A DNA stretch of 64,000 bases, taken from positions 71,967 through 135,966 of the forward strand of contig JBBDKV010000013.1 of NCBI GenBank assembly GCA_040879165.1. Reading direction: 5' to 3'. The position numbers were made by a program, and so were the translations under genes. The DNA is from Patescibacteria group bacterium (lineage in GTDB: Bacteria; Patescibacteriota; Microgenomatia; UBA1400; PJMF01). Positions 9,545-20,475 of the stretch are shown piece after piece. Under the pieces are notes generated by a model that was not told the DNA's origin, did no database searches, and saw nothing but the letters and a program-made list of their open reading frames with translations. Within the stretch, counting starts at the first letter, position 1. Each line of letters opens with the position of its first letter.

Positions 9545-11023
9545 TTGTACAGCATGACAAAGCTCATAAACTCTGGTACGCTATTTTTAGCGCTTGTTAC
9601 TAACTCTACCATGCCCAGACTAAAATCCCAAACTAAACGCTTGCTTATTACCAAAAGCCTCATTTTATTATTGATTACTGCAACTTTGCTGGCGCTCTTG
9701 GTCAACGTCCAACAAATCACCGACCTACTGGGTCGGGCAACGGCTGAACCAGCAAATATCACTGTTAATACGCAAGCTATTATTGAACCCCTCCCTCGTC
9801 CATGGAGGAACCTCGCACAAGGAGGTGAGTCGGCAGACTGGCGAATGGAGCCAGTTGCCGAACATGTTCGCCCGCTTAACCCAGAGTACATCCGCATTGA
9901 CCATGTGTTTGACTTTTACGATATAGTTCAGGGAAGCTCGGGGAATCTTAGTTTCGATTTTTCAAAATTTGATTTAATCCTTGATGATATTTTGGCCGTT
10001 GGCGCCAAGCCATACATCGCACTCTCGTACATGCCACCAGCTATCGCCGAAGATGATGTGGTATCAGCGCCTCGAAATTATGCAGAATGGCAGTTCGTTG
10101 TGCAGCGGTTGATTGAGCACGTCAGTGGTACCCGTGGCATTCCAGACGTCTACTACGAAGTGTGGAACGAGCCAGATTTGTTCGGGGGCTGGAAATATTA
10201 CGGTAATCGTAATTATCTAACGCTTTATTCGTACGCTGCTCAGGGTGCAAGACAGGCTCGGGTTTCTCAGCAATTTAAAATTGGTGGACCTGCCACTACA
10301 CAACTCTATAAAAACTGGTTTGATGCTTTGGCAGAACACTCCATAGAAAATAACCTTCGACTTGATTTTTTAAGTTGGCATCGTTATAGCACTGACGTCA
10401 ATGATTTTCGCCATGACATGATCAATGCACGAACCTGGCTCCAGAGCTACCCACAGCTAGGATCTTCTGTAGAGCTGCACCTTACAGAATGGGGGCACGA
10501 CTCCGCTAATCACGTCGGATATGACAATATGTTTGGAGCTGCCCATACAACAGCTGCTGGTATTGAAATGATTGGTGTGGTCGATCGGGCTTTTGTCTTT
10601 GAAATCCAAGATGGCAAAGATCCCGCCGGACAACAACTGTGGGGACGTTGGGGTTTGATGACGCATAATGACGTTGGCTTGCGATTAAAACCTCGGTATC
10701 GAGCCTTGGAAATGCTTGAGGAACTTGCGCCTCTTCGCTTGGAAATACGCGGCAAGGGCACGTATGTAAAAGCTGTTGCTTCTCGAGATATTGATGGTCG
10801 AATTACGCTAGTACTCGTAAATTACGATGCCTGGGGGAGGAATCGCGAAAATGTCCCAGTAACTTTGACCAATCTTGAGAGCGGAGCATATACTGTAAGA
10901 ACGCGTTCACTGAGCAATGCACCCACTACTCAACAAATGACGGTTGAAGCCGATACACTCACCACCACTATTCCAATGTCTGCCCAAGAAATAATCTTCG
11001 TTGAAGTTACGAGTGCTTTTTAG
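9545..11023 (+). CDS. Secreted or membrane-anchored glycoside hydrolase of clan GH-A (GH5/GH39-like).
   Basis: N-terminal hydrophobic anchor followed by a catalytic domain with YYEVWNEPDL, the NEP acid/base motif of clan GH-A. Confidence 0.55.
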   Translation: MYSMTKLINSGTLFLALVTNSTMPRLKSQTKRLLITKSLILLLITATLLALLVNVQQITDLLGRATAEPANITVNTQAIIEPLPRPWRNLAQGGESADWRMEPVAEHVRPLNPEYIRIDHVFDFYDIVQGSSGNLSFDFSKFDLILDDILAVGAKPYIALSYMPPAIAEDDVVSAPRNYAEWQFVVQRLIEHVSGTRGIPDVYYEVWNEPDLFGGWKYYGNRNYLTLYSYAAQGARQARVSQQFKIGGPATTQLYKNWFDALAEHSIENNLRLDFLSWHRYSTDVNDFRHDMINARTWLQSYPQLGSSVELHLTEWGHDSANHVGYDNMFGAAHTTAAGIEMIGVVDRAFVFEIQDGKDPAGQQLWGRWGLMTHNDVGLRLKPRYRALEMLEELAPLRLEIRGKGTYVKAVASRDIDGRITLVLVNYDAWGRNRENVPVTLTNLESGAYTVRTRSLSNAPTTQQMTVEADTLTTTIPMSAQEIIFVEVTSAF

Positions 11024-12110
11024 CAGTTTTGACAAGCTTTTGAATGTTTTTCTTAAAAGCATTGACTGAAAATTTTTGAGCATGCTGATGAATTTTTTCA
11101 GGTACAAACTGTATATCTTCCGCTCGTTTAATCGCCTGCTGCAAGCCCGCTGCACTGAGCTGATCAAATAATACTCCGGTCTTTCCATCAATCACCGTTT
11201 CCTTGGGACCACCAGAATTGTGAGCAATCACTGGCACACCATAGCCCATGGCTTCAACGGGCACGATGCCAAAATCTTCATCCTCAACTGGATACAGCAG
11301 TGCTTGAGCGCCTGCGTACAGCTCAGAGAGTGTCTTGTCATCGACAGCGCCCAATAACTCAATGGTTGGGCCAGCTTGTTGCTTAAGCTGATGCAACATT
11401 TTGCCTTCACCAACTACTTTGAGGGGGAGCTTGAGTGAATTGCAGGCTTGAACAGCTAATTCAGGATGCTTTGCGAGCGCTAAACGATTGACATAGAGAT
11501 AATAAGCCTGGTTGTTTCGCTGGGGAGATTTTTCTGGGATTCGAACTGGTGGATACACGATCACGCTATCTCGACGGTAAAATTTTTCGATACGAAAGGC
11601 TGTTTCTTGAGAATTAGCAATGAATTGATCAACTTCTTGTGCTACTTCAAAATCAACCATTCGTAAAAAATGATTAATCAACTGACCAGGAACGCGAGTC
11701 AATGGGTTAGACTGCCAATTTGACATGGTAGTGTACCCATACAGTGAGCGAGCAGGCGTGTGACAATAACAAAGATGGACGCCATTGGGTACACGCACTG
11801 CTTTGGCAAAGTAGGCATTGGAAGAAGAAATGACTACATCGTACGCTGATAAATCAAGATCTTTAAAATACTTGGGGGCCCATATGCGCAGCGGCGAATA
11901 CAACTTGGTATGCCAGGGAATTTTACTCAACCATGTTTCTCGCAAATCCCAATCTGCAAATTTTGACCAATGAATACCTAAGCCTTTTTGGTTAACAAAA
12001 GCGGTGTACACAGGAGCGTCGGGATACAGCTCATGCAACGCCTCCAGCACTCGCTCTGCACCGCCGTACTCAGCCAAGTAATCATGCACTAACGCAATTT
12101 TCATACACAA
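11007..12110 (-). CDS. GT4-family glycosyltransferase.
   Basis: MKIALVHDYL...GGAERV at the N-terminus and the C-terminal GT4 EX7E-type region (GYGVPVIAHNSGGPKETVIDGKTG). Confidence 0.8.
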   Translation of the reverse strand: MCMKIALVHDYLAEYGGAERVLEALHELYPDAPVYTAFVNQKGLGIHWSKFADWDLRETWLSKIPWHTKLYSPLRIWAPKYFKDLDLSAYDVVISSSNAYFAKAVRVPNGVHLCYCHTPARSLYGYTTMSNWQSNPLTRVPGQLINHFLRMVDFEVAQEVDQFIANSQETAFRIEKFYRRDSVIVYPPVRIPEKSPQRNNQAYYLYVNRLALAKHPELAVQACNSLKLPLKVVGEGKMLHQLKQQAGPTIELLGAVDDKTLSELYAGAQALLYPVEDEDFGIVPVEAMGYGVPVIAHNSGGPKETVIDGKTGVLFDQLSAAGLQQAIKRAEDIQFVPEKIHQHAQKFSVNAFKKNIQKLVKTAKKHS

Positions 12111-12112
12111 TC

Positions 12113-13075
12113 CTAAAACAAGGCTTTTTGTATTCCCAGCTCGAACTCATCTTTTGGCAGTAGTGGGATGAGTGAGCGAAATTCAAAGGATTCAAATAAT
12201 TTCGAGGCGGCTTCTTTGTCATAACTATCCACTCGACATGGCTCAAGAGTAAACTCAATCGGCACCTGCCGATCAATCGTCGCCAGCTCCTGGCTGAGGC
12301 GCGCTGCTTCTTCACCTTGCTGCAATTTGGTGAGCAGCGCGCCTTTGAGCACTGGATCTGCTGCTCCAGATGCGGTCACGGTACGGACTGCTTTGAACAC
12401 GTTTTCAAGATTGGAATAGGTATCAATTAACTGCAAGGCTGTTTTTTTGCCCACACCCTTCACACCTGGAATATTATCTGAGGCGTCACCCATAAATGCT
12501 TTGAGATCAACCACCTGTTCTGGCGTGATGCCTTGTTTTTCCAAGACTATTGCTGGGTCATACTCGACAGACTCACTGGCTACACCTTTGCGACCATTGC
12601 GTGATCTACCCGGAATCCAAACATGAGTCTGGTCGGTCACCAGCTGTAATAAATCTTTATCTCCGGTGACAATAATGGTCCGAACGTTCTGATCCTGCTC
12701 AACCGCGGTTGCAATCGTTCCAATCAAGTCATCCGCCTCATAGCCCTCGACTTCAAATTGTGGAATGTTGAGCGTGCTGACTACTTGTTTGACATACTCG
12801 ATTTGCGGCTTAAGATCATCAGGCATTTCGGGGCGCTGAGCTTTATATGCTTCATATTTTTTAACACGCAAAGTGGGTAGTTTGTGATCAAAAGCCACAG
12901 CGATGTATTCAGGTTCCAACTCATTGATGGCAGTCAATAAAATTCTCGAGAATCCATACATCGCATTAACAAGTTCTCCCGTAGCTGTAGTTAAAGGAGG
13001 AAAGGCGTGATAGGCACGATAGATGATACCGTGCCCGTCAAAAATTACGAACCGCTTCTGTTTTGAATTTTCCAT
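12113..13075 (-). CDS. 5'-3' exonuclease / flap endonuclease, a standalone version of the Pol I N-terminal domain.
   Basis: FDGHGIIYRAYHA...TGDKDLLQL...H3TH region matches the 53EXO family. Confidence 0.85.
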   Translation of the reverse strand: MENSKQKRFVIFDGHGIIYRAYHAFPPLTTATGELVNAMYGFSRILLTAINELEPEYIAVAFDHKLPTLRVKKYEAYKAQRPEMPDDLKPQIEYVKQVVSTLNIPQFEVEGYEADDLIGTIATAVEQDQNVRTIIVTGDKDLLQLVTDQTHVWIPGRSRNGRKGVASESVEYDPAIVLEKQGITPEQVVDLKAFMGDASDNIPGVKGVGKKTALQLIDTYSNLENVFKAVRTVTASGAADPVLKGALLTKLQQGEEAARLSQELATIDRQVPIEFTLEPCRVDSYDKEAASKLFESFEFRSLIPLLPKDEFELGIQKALF

Positions 13076-13138
13076 CCACCTATTCTAACACCTTATTTGT
13101 AACCAAAAATTGGTTACAGCACTGACTGCATTGAAACA

Positions 13139-15085
13139 TTATTCGGAAATTTTATTTTTAGGCACACCCATGAGCGCTAAGAACTCATCGCCATCGAGAG
13201 ATTCAAGTTCAAGTAATTTTTTAGAAACTGCATCCAGCTGCTTACGATGTTTTTTCAAAAGTTCCATCGCTCGCTTTTCACCTTGACTAATAATTTTGCG
13301 AATTTCAACATCTACTTCCTGCTGCAGAACATCTGAGATCTTCATCGGCTCACCCATAGCGCGAGTGTAGTTGCTGGTTTCATATTGAGGAGAAAAATTC
13401 ATTGCCCCAAGCTCACTCATACCATAATCCACCACCATCGCTCGAGCAATGCGAGTCGCCCGATCAATATCGCTACTGGCACCAGCAGTTAATTCGTTAA
13501 AAATTAATCGTTCTGCAGCTCGTCCACCAAGGAGTACCGCAATCTCATCGATCAGTTCCGATTTAGTAGTCTGCAATTTATCTCGTTCTGGCGGTGTCAA
13601 CGTATAGCCCAATGCACGTCCACGAGAGATAATCGAGATGCGATGAACCGGATCAGAATGTGGTGAAACATGGGCAACTATAGCGTGTCCAGTTTCATGA
13701 TAGGCAGTCATTTTGCGCTCTAGCACATCTTGCAAACGACGCTTACTTGGTCCTAGCTTCACTTTTAGTGAGGCTTCTTCAATATCAGGCATCCCAATCA
13801 ACGCTCGACTCTCTCGAGCCACAGCAATCGCTGCCTCGTTTAGCATGTTTTCAATATCTGCACCTGAGAAGCCGACTGTTCGCTTCGCCACTTTCAACCA
13901 ATCTAAAGCCTTGGCAAAGGGTTTATTCTTCGAGTGAATAGAAAGAATGTATTTTCGCTCTTCTAAATCTGGCAAATTAACAGTCACTCGGCGATCAAAA
14001 CGACCAGGACGCACCAATGCTGGATCAAGCATGTCACCACGATTAGTGGCAGCCATTACGATCACATTATCATTCTGAGCAAAACCATCCATCTCAACCA
14101 AGATTTGATTTAGGGTCTGCTCACGCTCATCATGGCCACCCATACTGCCATGTCCACGAACCCGTCCAATGGCATCAATTTCATCAATAAAGATGATCGA
14201 TGGCGCAATTTTTTTAGCCGTGGTAAACAGATCTCGAGCGCGTGACGCACCTACGCCTACCAACATTTCCATAAATTCACTGCCCGCGATGGAGAGAAAT
14301 TGCACATTGGCTTCGCCAGCTACCGCTCGAGCCAACAGCGTTTTTCCGGTACCACTTGGACCAACTAACAGCACTCCCTTGGGTGTACGAGCACCCATTT
14401 TGTGATATTTTTTAGGACTTTTCAGAAAATCAACAATTTCCTCTAATTCTTTCTTTGCCTCATCCATACCGCCTACATCTTTGAACGACATGTTCTGTTT
14501 GCCTTTGATAAAAAGTTTTGCCTTGCTGCGACCAATTCCCATGATGCCATCCTGCGCGCCACGAGCTTGACGAAGGAAAAAGAGCGCAAAGCCAACCATC
14601 ACTGCAATCAACAACAGCGTTGGCAAAAATGCCATGAAATACTCCATGAAACCCAAGTTCTGAATATCAAGATCAATGCTGGCAACATCAATATCTGCTG
14701 CCTCTAAAATCTGCAACAGCTGCTGACCATCTTCTTTACGAGTCACTGCTTGAGAACCATCCTCGTAAAAAGCACGCAGATCGGAGCCACTCACCTCCAC
14801 TTTTTCTATTTTTTCTTCACGAATGTCACTCACTAACTGATTGAGAGTAATATCTTCGGCCTGACTGCGGGTGAATGCTGAAATTAAAAATGGCAAAAAC
14901 AGTAGGAACAGCAGAAAATAAACGAAGCCCTTGTTAAAAAGTTTATTCAAATCAATTCGGAGCGTAAAAATCCGACTGGCCGATGCTTCTTTCTGCCGCC
15001 CCTTCTTTGGAGCATTTGGGCTTTCTTGCGCTGACGATTTGTTTGTTTTTGAAGAATTGTTGTTGGTTTTGGATGATTCTGCCAT
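13139..15085 (-). CDS. ftsH: ATP-dependent zinc metalloprotease FtsH.
   Basis: N-terminal TM helices, an AAA module ([23 protein letters not shown]) and the HEXXH zinc motif (HETGHAIV). Confidence 0.95.
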   Translation of the reverse strand: MAESSKTNNNSSKTNKSSAQESPNAPKKGRQKEASASRIFTLRIDLNKLFNKGFVYFLLFLLFLPFLISAFTRSQAEDITLNQLVSDIREEKIEKVEVSGSDLRAFYEDGSQAVTRKEDGQQLLQILEAADIDVASIDLDIQNLGFMEYFMAFLPTLLLIAVMVGFALFFLRQARGAQDGIMGIGRSKAKLFIKGKQNMSFKDVGGMDEAKKELEEIVDFLKSPKKYHKMGARTPKGVLLVGPSGTGKTLLARAVAGEANVQFLSIAGSEFMEMLVGVGASRARDLFTTAKKIAPSIIFIDEIDAIGRVRGHGSMGGHDEREQTLNQILVEMDGFAQNDNVIVMAATNRGDMLDPALVRPGRFDRRVTVNLPDLEERKYILSIHSKNKPFAKALDWLKVAKRTVGFSGADIENMLNEAAIAVARESRALIGMPDIEEASLKVKLGPSKRRLQDVLERKMTAYHETGHAIVAHVSPHSDPVHRISIISRGRALGYTLTPPERDKLQTTKSELIDEIAVLLGGRAAERLIFNELTAGASSDIDRATRIARAMVVDYGMSELGAMNFSPQYETSNYTRAMGEPMKISDVLQQEVDVEIRKIISQGEKRAMELLKKHRKQLDAVSKKLLELESLDGDEFLALMGVPKNKISE

Positions 15086-15145
15086 AGTTTGAAGGTTTAT
15101 TTCTCAAGATGCCTATTCTATCATGAGCAATTCAAAAAGATATGC

Positions 15146-15472
15146 TTAACGAACGAGTGTTCCTGGTGGTAGCGGTTTGACTGGCCTCAGCAATACTGCT
15201 GTACCATCATCACCGGCTAAGATCATGCCCTGACTCTCCACTCCACGAAAGGTTCTTGGTTCTAAGTTTGCTAAATACGCCACTTGCCGGTCAAGCAAGT
15301 CTTCAGGAGCATACCACTCTCGAATTCCTGACACAACCGTTCGCTCGCCCAACTCACCAACATCAAGAGTTAATTGCAGTAGCTTATCGGCATTTTCCAC
15401 TACTGTTACTGCAGTAACAGTGGCAATTCTAATATCTAACTTTGCAAAATCATCAAATTGAATAGTACTCAT
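15146..15472 (-). CDS. tRNA-binding protein of the CsaA/Trbp111 type (EMAP-like OB fold).
   Basis: KLDIRIATV...VVSGI... pattern typical of the MetRS C-terminal-like tRNA-binding domain. Confidence 0.55.
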   Translation of the reverse strand: MSTIQFDDFAKLDIRIATVTAVTVVENADKLLQLTLDVGELGERTVVSGIREWYAPEDLLDRQVAYLANLEPRTFRGVESQGMILAGDDGTAVLLRPVKPLPPGTLVR

Positions 15473-15500
15473 GCTTCCTTTCTACGTGTTGACCAATTAT

Positions 15501-16544
15501 CTAGCCCAAACCCATCACTTCTCGAACCTCAGCCACTGTATTCTGTGCGATTTCCCGAGCTCGGTCTGCTCCGCCAGCTATCACTGCATTTACAAATCGA
15601 GGGTTTGCTTCTAATTCTTTTCGATGTTCTTGGATGGGTGCTAATTGTTCAAAAATTGCTGCCGCCAAATCTTTTTTGAGATCTCCATACCGAATACCCG
15701 AGCCCTTGTATAACGCCTCATATTCCTTGCGCCTATCAACACCTTGAAATAATTCAACAAAAGTCAACATGTTTGCCACACCGAGTGATTCTTCTCCAGA
15801 TTGGTCAATGTAGCGGTTTCCCGACTTACTCTTGGCGTCTTTTTTAATTGTTCCTTTACCACTGTCAGTTGGGGCAGCTGATAATCGCTTCTGAATTGTT
15901 TTTAGATCATCAGTTAAAGTAATGTAACTACCCTCGACACTCTTACTCATCTTGCCTGCGCCTGCCAGTGAAGGTACGTACTCGCCGGAAGTAACAAATC
16001 GCTGTGGTTCTGGAAAATCTGTGCCATATTCTTGATTGAATCGTCGCGCAATTTCTCGAGTCGCCTCCAGATGCGGTTCTTGATCCAGGCCAACTGGCAC
16101 GAGCCCAGCTTTGTAGATCAAAATATCCGCCGCCATTAACGCCGGATAATTAAGTAGTGCCATCGTGACGTGATCAGGATGTTGTTTGACTTTTTCTTTG
16201 AATGTTGGCAAGTGCTGCATCTTGGCAACGGTCGTCAGTGATGAAAAATAAAAGGCAAGCTCAAGATGTTCGTTCACCATCGATTGCTGAAAGAGAATGC
16301 TTTTGTCAGGATTTAAGCCAGCTGCCAGATAATCCAACATCACTTCTCGCCGATTTTGGCGCAACGTAGCTACATCATACGGCGTGGTAATGGTATGCAC
16401 GTCAGCAACCATATAGAGCGTCTCGTATTCCTGACTATCCTGAAGCTCAAGCATGCCCTTGACTGCTCCGAGATAATTTCCCAGATGCAGTCTGCCGGTC
16501 GCGCGAATTCCTGATAAGACTCGTTGTGCAATTTTTTTACTCAT
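15501..16544 (-). CDS. trpS: Tryptophanyl-tRNA synthetase.
   Basis: Class I HIGH motif (TGRLHLGNYLG) and KMSKS (GAGKMSKS). The size is right for a bacterial TrpRS. Confidence 0.8.
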   Translation of the reverse strand: MSKKIAQRVLSGIRATGRLHLGNYLGAVKGMLELQDSQEYETLYMVADVHTITTPYDVATLRQNRREVMLDYLAAGLNPDKSILFQQSMVNEHLELAFYFSSLTTVAKMQHLPTFKEKVKQHPDHVTMALLNYPALMAADILIYKAGLVPVGLDQEPHLEATREIARRFNQEYGTDFPEPQRFVTSGEYVPSLAGAGKMSKSVEGSYITLTDDLKTIQKRLSAAPTDSGKGTIKKDAKSKSGNRYIDQSGEESLGVANMLTFVELFQGVDRRKEYEALYKGSGIRYGDLKKDLAAAIFEQLAPIQEHRKELEANPRFVNAVIAGGADRAREIAQNTVAEVREVMGLG

Positions 16545-16668
16545 ATTTCCTCTTGAGATCTGCTTGATTTAGATGGGTCATTATACTACGAGATAGAGGT
16601 TAATCATAACCGATGACACGTATCAAATTTGTGCTGATACATATCTAGTACCTGAAGAATGTAAAACC

Positions 16669-17538
16669 CTACAACTCTTCAATTTGAATTGTGGGCTGCA
16701 TGTCTGGGCTGTCGATCATTTTTAAGTATTTTTCTGTGGTGGTAATGCGCTTATGCCCCACTAACTGAGAAACATAAACCAGCGGTGTGCCAGCGCGCAG
16801 CTGTTCAACAATAAAAGTATGTCGTAAATCATTGACTTTGGCATCTTTAATGCCTGCCAATCTAAAATAGCGATCTAGGGCTGTGCGGATATTTCGCACC
16901 AAAAATGGCCGACAGGTTTTGGTCAAAAAGAGGGTTTTTTCTCGGGCACGAGGGCGAACTGCCAGATAATCCATAATTGACTGCTTGCCAGCTGCATTGA
17001 GCGGTACTCTGCGAACTCCTCGAGAATTTTGTGGCTGAACCGTGATCACGTTGCGTTCTAAATCTACGTCACCAACTTCAAGTGCCGCCAACTCACTAAT
17101 ACGCATGCCTGTTTGAAGCAACAACTCAACAACAGCGGACATACGGGCGTCGCCACGACAGGCGTCGCGCAGCGCTCGGTACTCTGTTTTGGTCAGGATA
17201 CGAGGAGGAGCTTGATCAAATTTTGGGTGAGAAACAATTTCAGCAGGATTACGATCTATCGCACCTTCTGCAATTGCAAAACGAAAAAAGGCCTTGATTG
17301 AGTTAATTTTTCGAGAGACAGATTTGCCAGTATAGCGCTGTGTTTTGAGTAATTCTTTAAACTCTTCAATATCTGTGTCAACAATTTGATCCAAAGACTC
17401 ACGATTTTTAGTGTCAGAGACAAATGACAAAAATTGCTCGATATCTTTACTATAAGCGATGACAGTCGCGTGTGCCTTACCATTGTCTTTGAGGTTTGTA
17501 ACAAATTTGCTGTGAATGCCTTGCAATGCTTGATGCAT
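16669..17538 (-). CDS. Tyrosine site-specific recombinase of the XerC/XerD family.
   Basis: C-terminal catalytic region with R...HxxR...Y (LRHTFIVEQL...GHKRITTTEKYL). Confidence 0.8.
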   Translation of the reverse strand: MHQALQGIHSKFVTNLKDNGKAHATVIAYSKDIEQFLSFVSDTKNRESLDQIVDTDIEEFKELLKTQRYTGKSVSRKINSIKAFFRFAIAEGAIDRNPAEIVSHPKFDQAPPRILTKTEYRALRDACRGDARMSAVVELLLQTGMRISELAALEVGDVDLERNVITVQPQNSRGVRRVPLNAAGKQSIMDYLAVRPRAREKTLFLTKTCRPFLVRNIRTALDRYFRLAGIKDAKVNDLRHTFIVEQLRAGTPLVYVSQLVGHKRITTTEKYLKMIDSPDMQPTIQIEEL

Positions 17539-17655
17539 ATAGGAGGTCTTTCTAGTATTTATTTGCTATGCTAGTCTAGTTATTAGAAATGAAACAATCA
17601 TTCACTTGAGTTTTTTCTTGACGTCTTATAATATCATTAGATAGGATTATAAGCA

Positions 17656-18009
17656 ATGCGGACATTATTATATCATCCAATAGCTGTCATCCTCATACTG
17701 CTTGTGGCTGTACTGTTCTATATTTCACTAGACCAAAGCGCACGCAAAGCCGAAGTCTCCACCAAAAATGTCGAGCTATTACAACAGGAAATCACCCAAA
17801 TGACAAGTGACGTTTCACAACTTGAGAAAGATCTAGAGGACAACGATCTTTCATTCACCCAGGAGCAAATTCTCAGAAATGAACTGCGTCAAAAAAAAGA
17901 AGGGGAAGTAGTTTTCCAAGTGCCAGATTTTGAGATTCCCGAACTGCCCCCCGAGCCCACACCTGAGCCGAAAACCCCCTGGCAAGAATGGCGGGAAATT
18001 GTATGGTAA
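17656..18009 (+). CDS. Small bitopic membrane protein with a coiled coil, possibly a FtsB/DivIC-like divisome protein.
   Basis: N-terminal TM helix followed by a heptad-repeat segment and a proline-rich tail. No conserved catalytic motif. Confidence 0.35.
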   Translation: MRTLLYHPIAVILILLVAVLFYISLDQSARKAEVSTKNVELLQQEITQMTSDVSQLEKDLEDNDLSFTQEQILRNELRQKKEGEVVFQVPDFEIPELPPEPTPEPKTPWQEWREIVW

Positions 18010-18084
18010 TTTCACAGAAATGTGTTTCAACAAACAGTGCACTCAGTAGTTACCTAACAAAGCTTTCGCCTTAAAAAGCCTCTG

Positions 18085-19773
18085 TCATTCAGCCTTCGCC
18101 TCAAAATATCCAATCGCTCCCCACAACCGCTCAACAACCCGCTCCCGCCCCATAACTTGCATCAGCTGGTGCAAGTCGGGCGTATTAAGTTGATGCGTAA
18201 GAGCTACGCGAAACGCAGCCATCACATGACCAATGTGACCTTTGAACGAATCCGGCTCAGCCTTAAAAGACTTGAGGTCTCGAGCATACCCTAACTGCTC
18301 AGCAACCAACTGATGCTTCTCAAACCAAGCTTCCTGCGAATCAGCTGGATCGTACGTATCTATCGACTTGCGCAAGGCAACTATGGCATCTTCAGGACTG
18401 ACAATCAATTTTTCATAGGCTGCAGTCCCATCACTTTTGGCGAACAACTCATCATAGAAATAACCAAACAACTCTGGCACATCTGACCAAGTGACGATGT
18501 CTTTTCTTGGCTGCGGCTGATTGCGCTCTATGTTAAAAATTCCCACTGAATACTCTGGGTATGTTTCTAAGTACGTAGCAAAGGCTGGCGAAAACTGCCG
18601 CGCCCATGCTAAAACTGCCTGATAGACATCTTCTGCTTTGAGTTTGGAAACGACATCTCGACTAATATGCTCAAGCTTTTTCAGATCAAAAAGAGCGATG
18701 GTCTTGCCAATTTTGCGCGGATCAAAGAGAAATTCCGTGTAGGGCTTGTCAGGATTATTTCTCCGCCAATCACTAAAATTGGAATTTGCTAAATTGAGTA
18801 AGTACTCAAGTACCGCCACTGGATAATATCCTTGCTCTACATACGAGCCAACTGTCGCTTCGGGATCTTGACGCTTGCTGAGTTTGCGGACAGAATCACC
18901 TTCTTTTTTACCAATGTGAGAAAAATGCATATACGTAGGTTGCGGTATTTCAAGCATTTCAAAAAGTTGCAGATGTAGCGGCAGAGACGACAACCACTCC
19001 TCACCTCGACTAATATGCGTAGTTCTCATCAAGTGATCATCGATAACGTGCGCAAAATGATAGGTTGGCAGACCATTTGATTTAATCAGAACCATGTCAA
19101 AAACATTATTCTCAAACTCAAGCTTGCCGCGGACCAAATCCTTAATACGTATTTTTCGGGATTCTTGTGGCGCTCTGATTCTGAGCACGAACTCGTTACC
19201 CTGCGCCAATTGTTGCTTGATTTCATCCAGGCTTAGGTCGCGATGCTTCGCCCACTTACCATAATATCCTTTTTTGAGCAGACCCGCTGCTTCCTGCTCC
19301 TGCACATTCTGTTCTAACTCCTCCCTCGAACAAAAACACGGATAAGCCAAGCCATGAGCCACCATCCATTTAGCAAAGACAGCATAGATCTTGATGCGTT
19401 CACTCTGCAGGTACGGACCATAATCCCCCTGCTGTTTTTCAGCTGACACAAAACCTTCGGTTGGCGCCACCTGAAAATTTTGCAACGCAGCAATGATTGC
19501 TTCAGTACCCCCCGCAACTTTGCGCGCTTGATCAGTGTCTTCAATGCGAAGAAAGAACACACCATCAGATTGCTCAGCCAACAACTTTGAAATCAAGGAT
19601 GCGTAAATCCCCCCAATATGCACGTACCCGGTAGGACTAGGCGCAAATCTCGTCACAATCGCAGATTCGGGAAGATCTCTTGGTGGATATTTTGCTTCTA
19701 GATCAGCCGGGGTTTCTGTCGTATCTGGATACAACAGTTCAGCTAAGTCACGAAGCTCAGATTGGGTCAACAT
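18085..19773 (-). CDS. gltX: Glutamyl-tRNA synthetase (GluRS/GlnRS family).
   Basis: HIGH-type motif PSPTGYVHIGG and KMSKS-equivalent KLSKR. The length fits GluRS. Confidence 0.8.
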   Translation of the reverse strand: MLTQSELRDLAELLYPDTTETPADLEAKYPPRDLPESAIVTRFAPSPTGYVHIGGIYASLISKLLAEQSDGVFFLRIEDTDQARKVAGGTEAIIAALQNFQVAPTEGFVSAEKQQGDYGPYLQSERIKIYAVFAKWMVAHGLAYPCFCSREELEQNVQEQEAAGLLKKGYYGKWAKHRDLSLDEIKQQLAQGNEFVLRIRAPQESRKIRIKDLVRGKLEFENNVFDMVLIKSNGLPTYHFAHVIDDHLMRTTHISRGEEWLSSLPLHLQLFEMLEIPQPTYMHFSHIGKKEGDSVRKLSKRQDPEATVGSYVEQGYYPVAVLEYLLNLANSNFSDWRRNNPDKPYTEFLFDPRKIGKTIALFDLKKLEHISRDVVSKLKAEDVYQAVLAWARQFSPAFATYLETYPEYSVGIFNIERNQPQPRKDIVTWSDVPELFGYFYDELFAKSDGTAAYEKLIVSPEDAIVALRKSIDTYDPADSQEAWFEKHQLVAEQLGYARDLKSFKAEPDSFKGHIGHVMAAFRVALTHQLNTPDLHQLMQVMGRERVVERLWGAIGYFEAKAE

Positions 19774-19951
19774 AGGAGTTTTTCTACACGTACTCTATTT
19801 ATCTCTGTAGTTGGAATTATACATCAAGAAACAGTCCGGATAACCCGCAAGGTTATAATCCTGAGATCACAAATACAATTATTTGGTCAACAATAAATTG
19901 AGGATTTACCGACTGTCCTTCAGGCACTGACTCTACTCGGTAGTACTATCG

Positions 19952-20338
19952 TTACATTTTCTCTGGGGTTGATTCTTGTTTGTCTAATGTACGAAGAAAA
20001 GCGGCTACATCTAGTGTTCCCGCACGAACTTGGACATAATCTCCGTAGACTTTGCTGAACTCAAGTATTGTTTTAGAGTCAAAATTACCCGAGCTAATCT
20101 GAGCGTCAAGTTCGACGAGTTTCTGTTGAATTATTGCCTTAACATCCTGAGGTGTAGTGGTTTGATCCCCATCGTCTTCACCGCTGTCATGCGTGCCAGA
20201 AAAATGCTGTTCGTTCGCAAAGTTATTTTGTCCTCTAAAGAACCGAAGCCACCCGAACGCAAAACGCCCTTCTCTCACATTTTGCACATCTTGATCTTGA
20301 AAAGCTGGGGAAGTAGTTTCGGAAGATTCTTGTTTCAT
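19952..20338 (-). CDS. Hypothetical acidic protein.
   Basis: 128-aa ORF with no recognisable motif. The coding call rests only on length and position. Confidence 0.3.
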   Translation of the reverse strand: MKQESSETTSPAFQDQDVQNVREGRFAFGWLRFFRGQNNFANEQHFSGTHDSGEDDGDQTTTPQDVKAIIQQKLVELDAQISSGNFDSKTILEFSKVYGDYVQVRAGTLDVAAFLRTLDKQESTPEKM

Positions 20339-20475
20339 ACCGATCTAGTAAATAATATCATGCCACGTGCTAACCGGTCTAGCATCAGACTGAGTCAATG
20401 AAATTATAAGTCCTACACGCATAGCATTCAACTTTCCGCCCTTGCCAGCTGTTTTTGACCAGGATATCGTAAGGT

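Noticed and set aside
19774-19951. A possible T-box riboswitch upstream of gltX.
   Set aside because: No T-box conserved sequence (AATTAGGGTGGNACCGCG-like) or specifier-loop architecture is visible. Only a simple hairpin is present.
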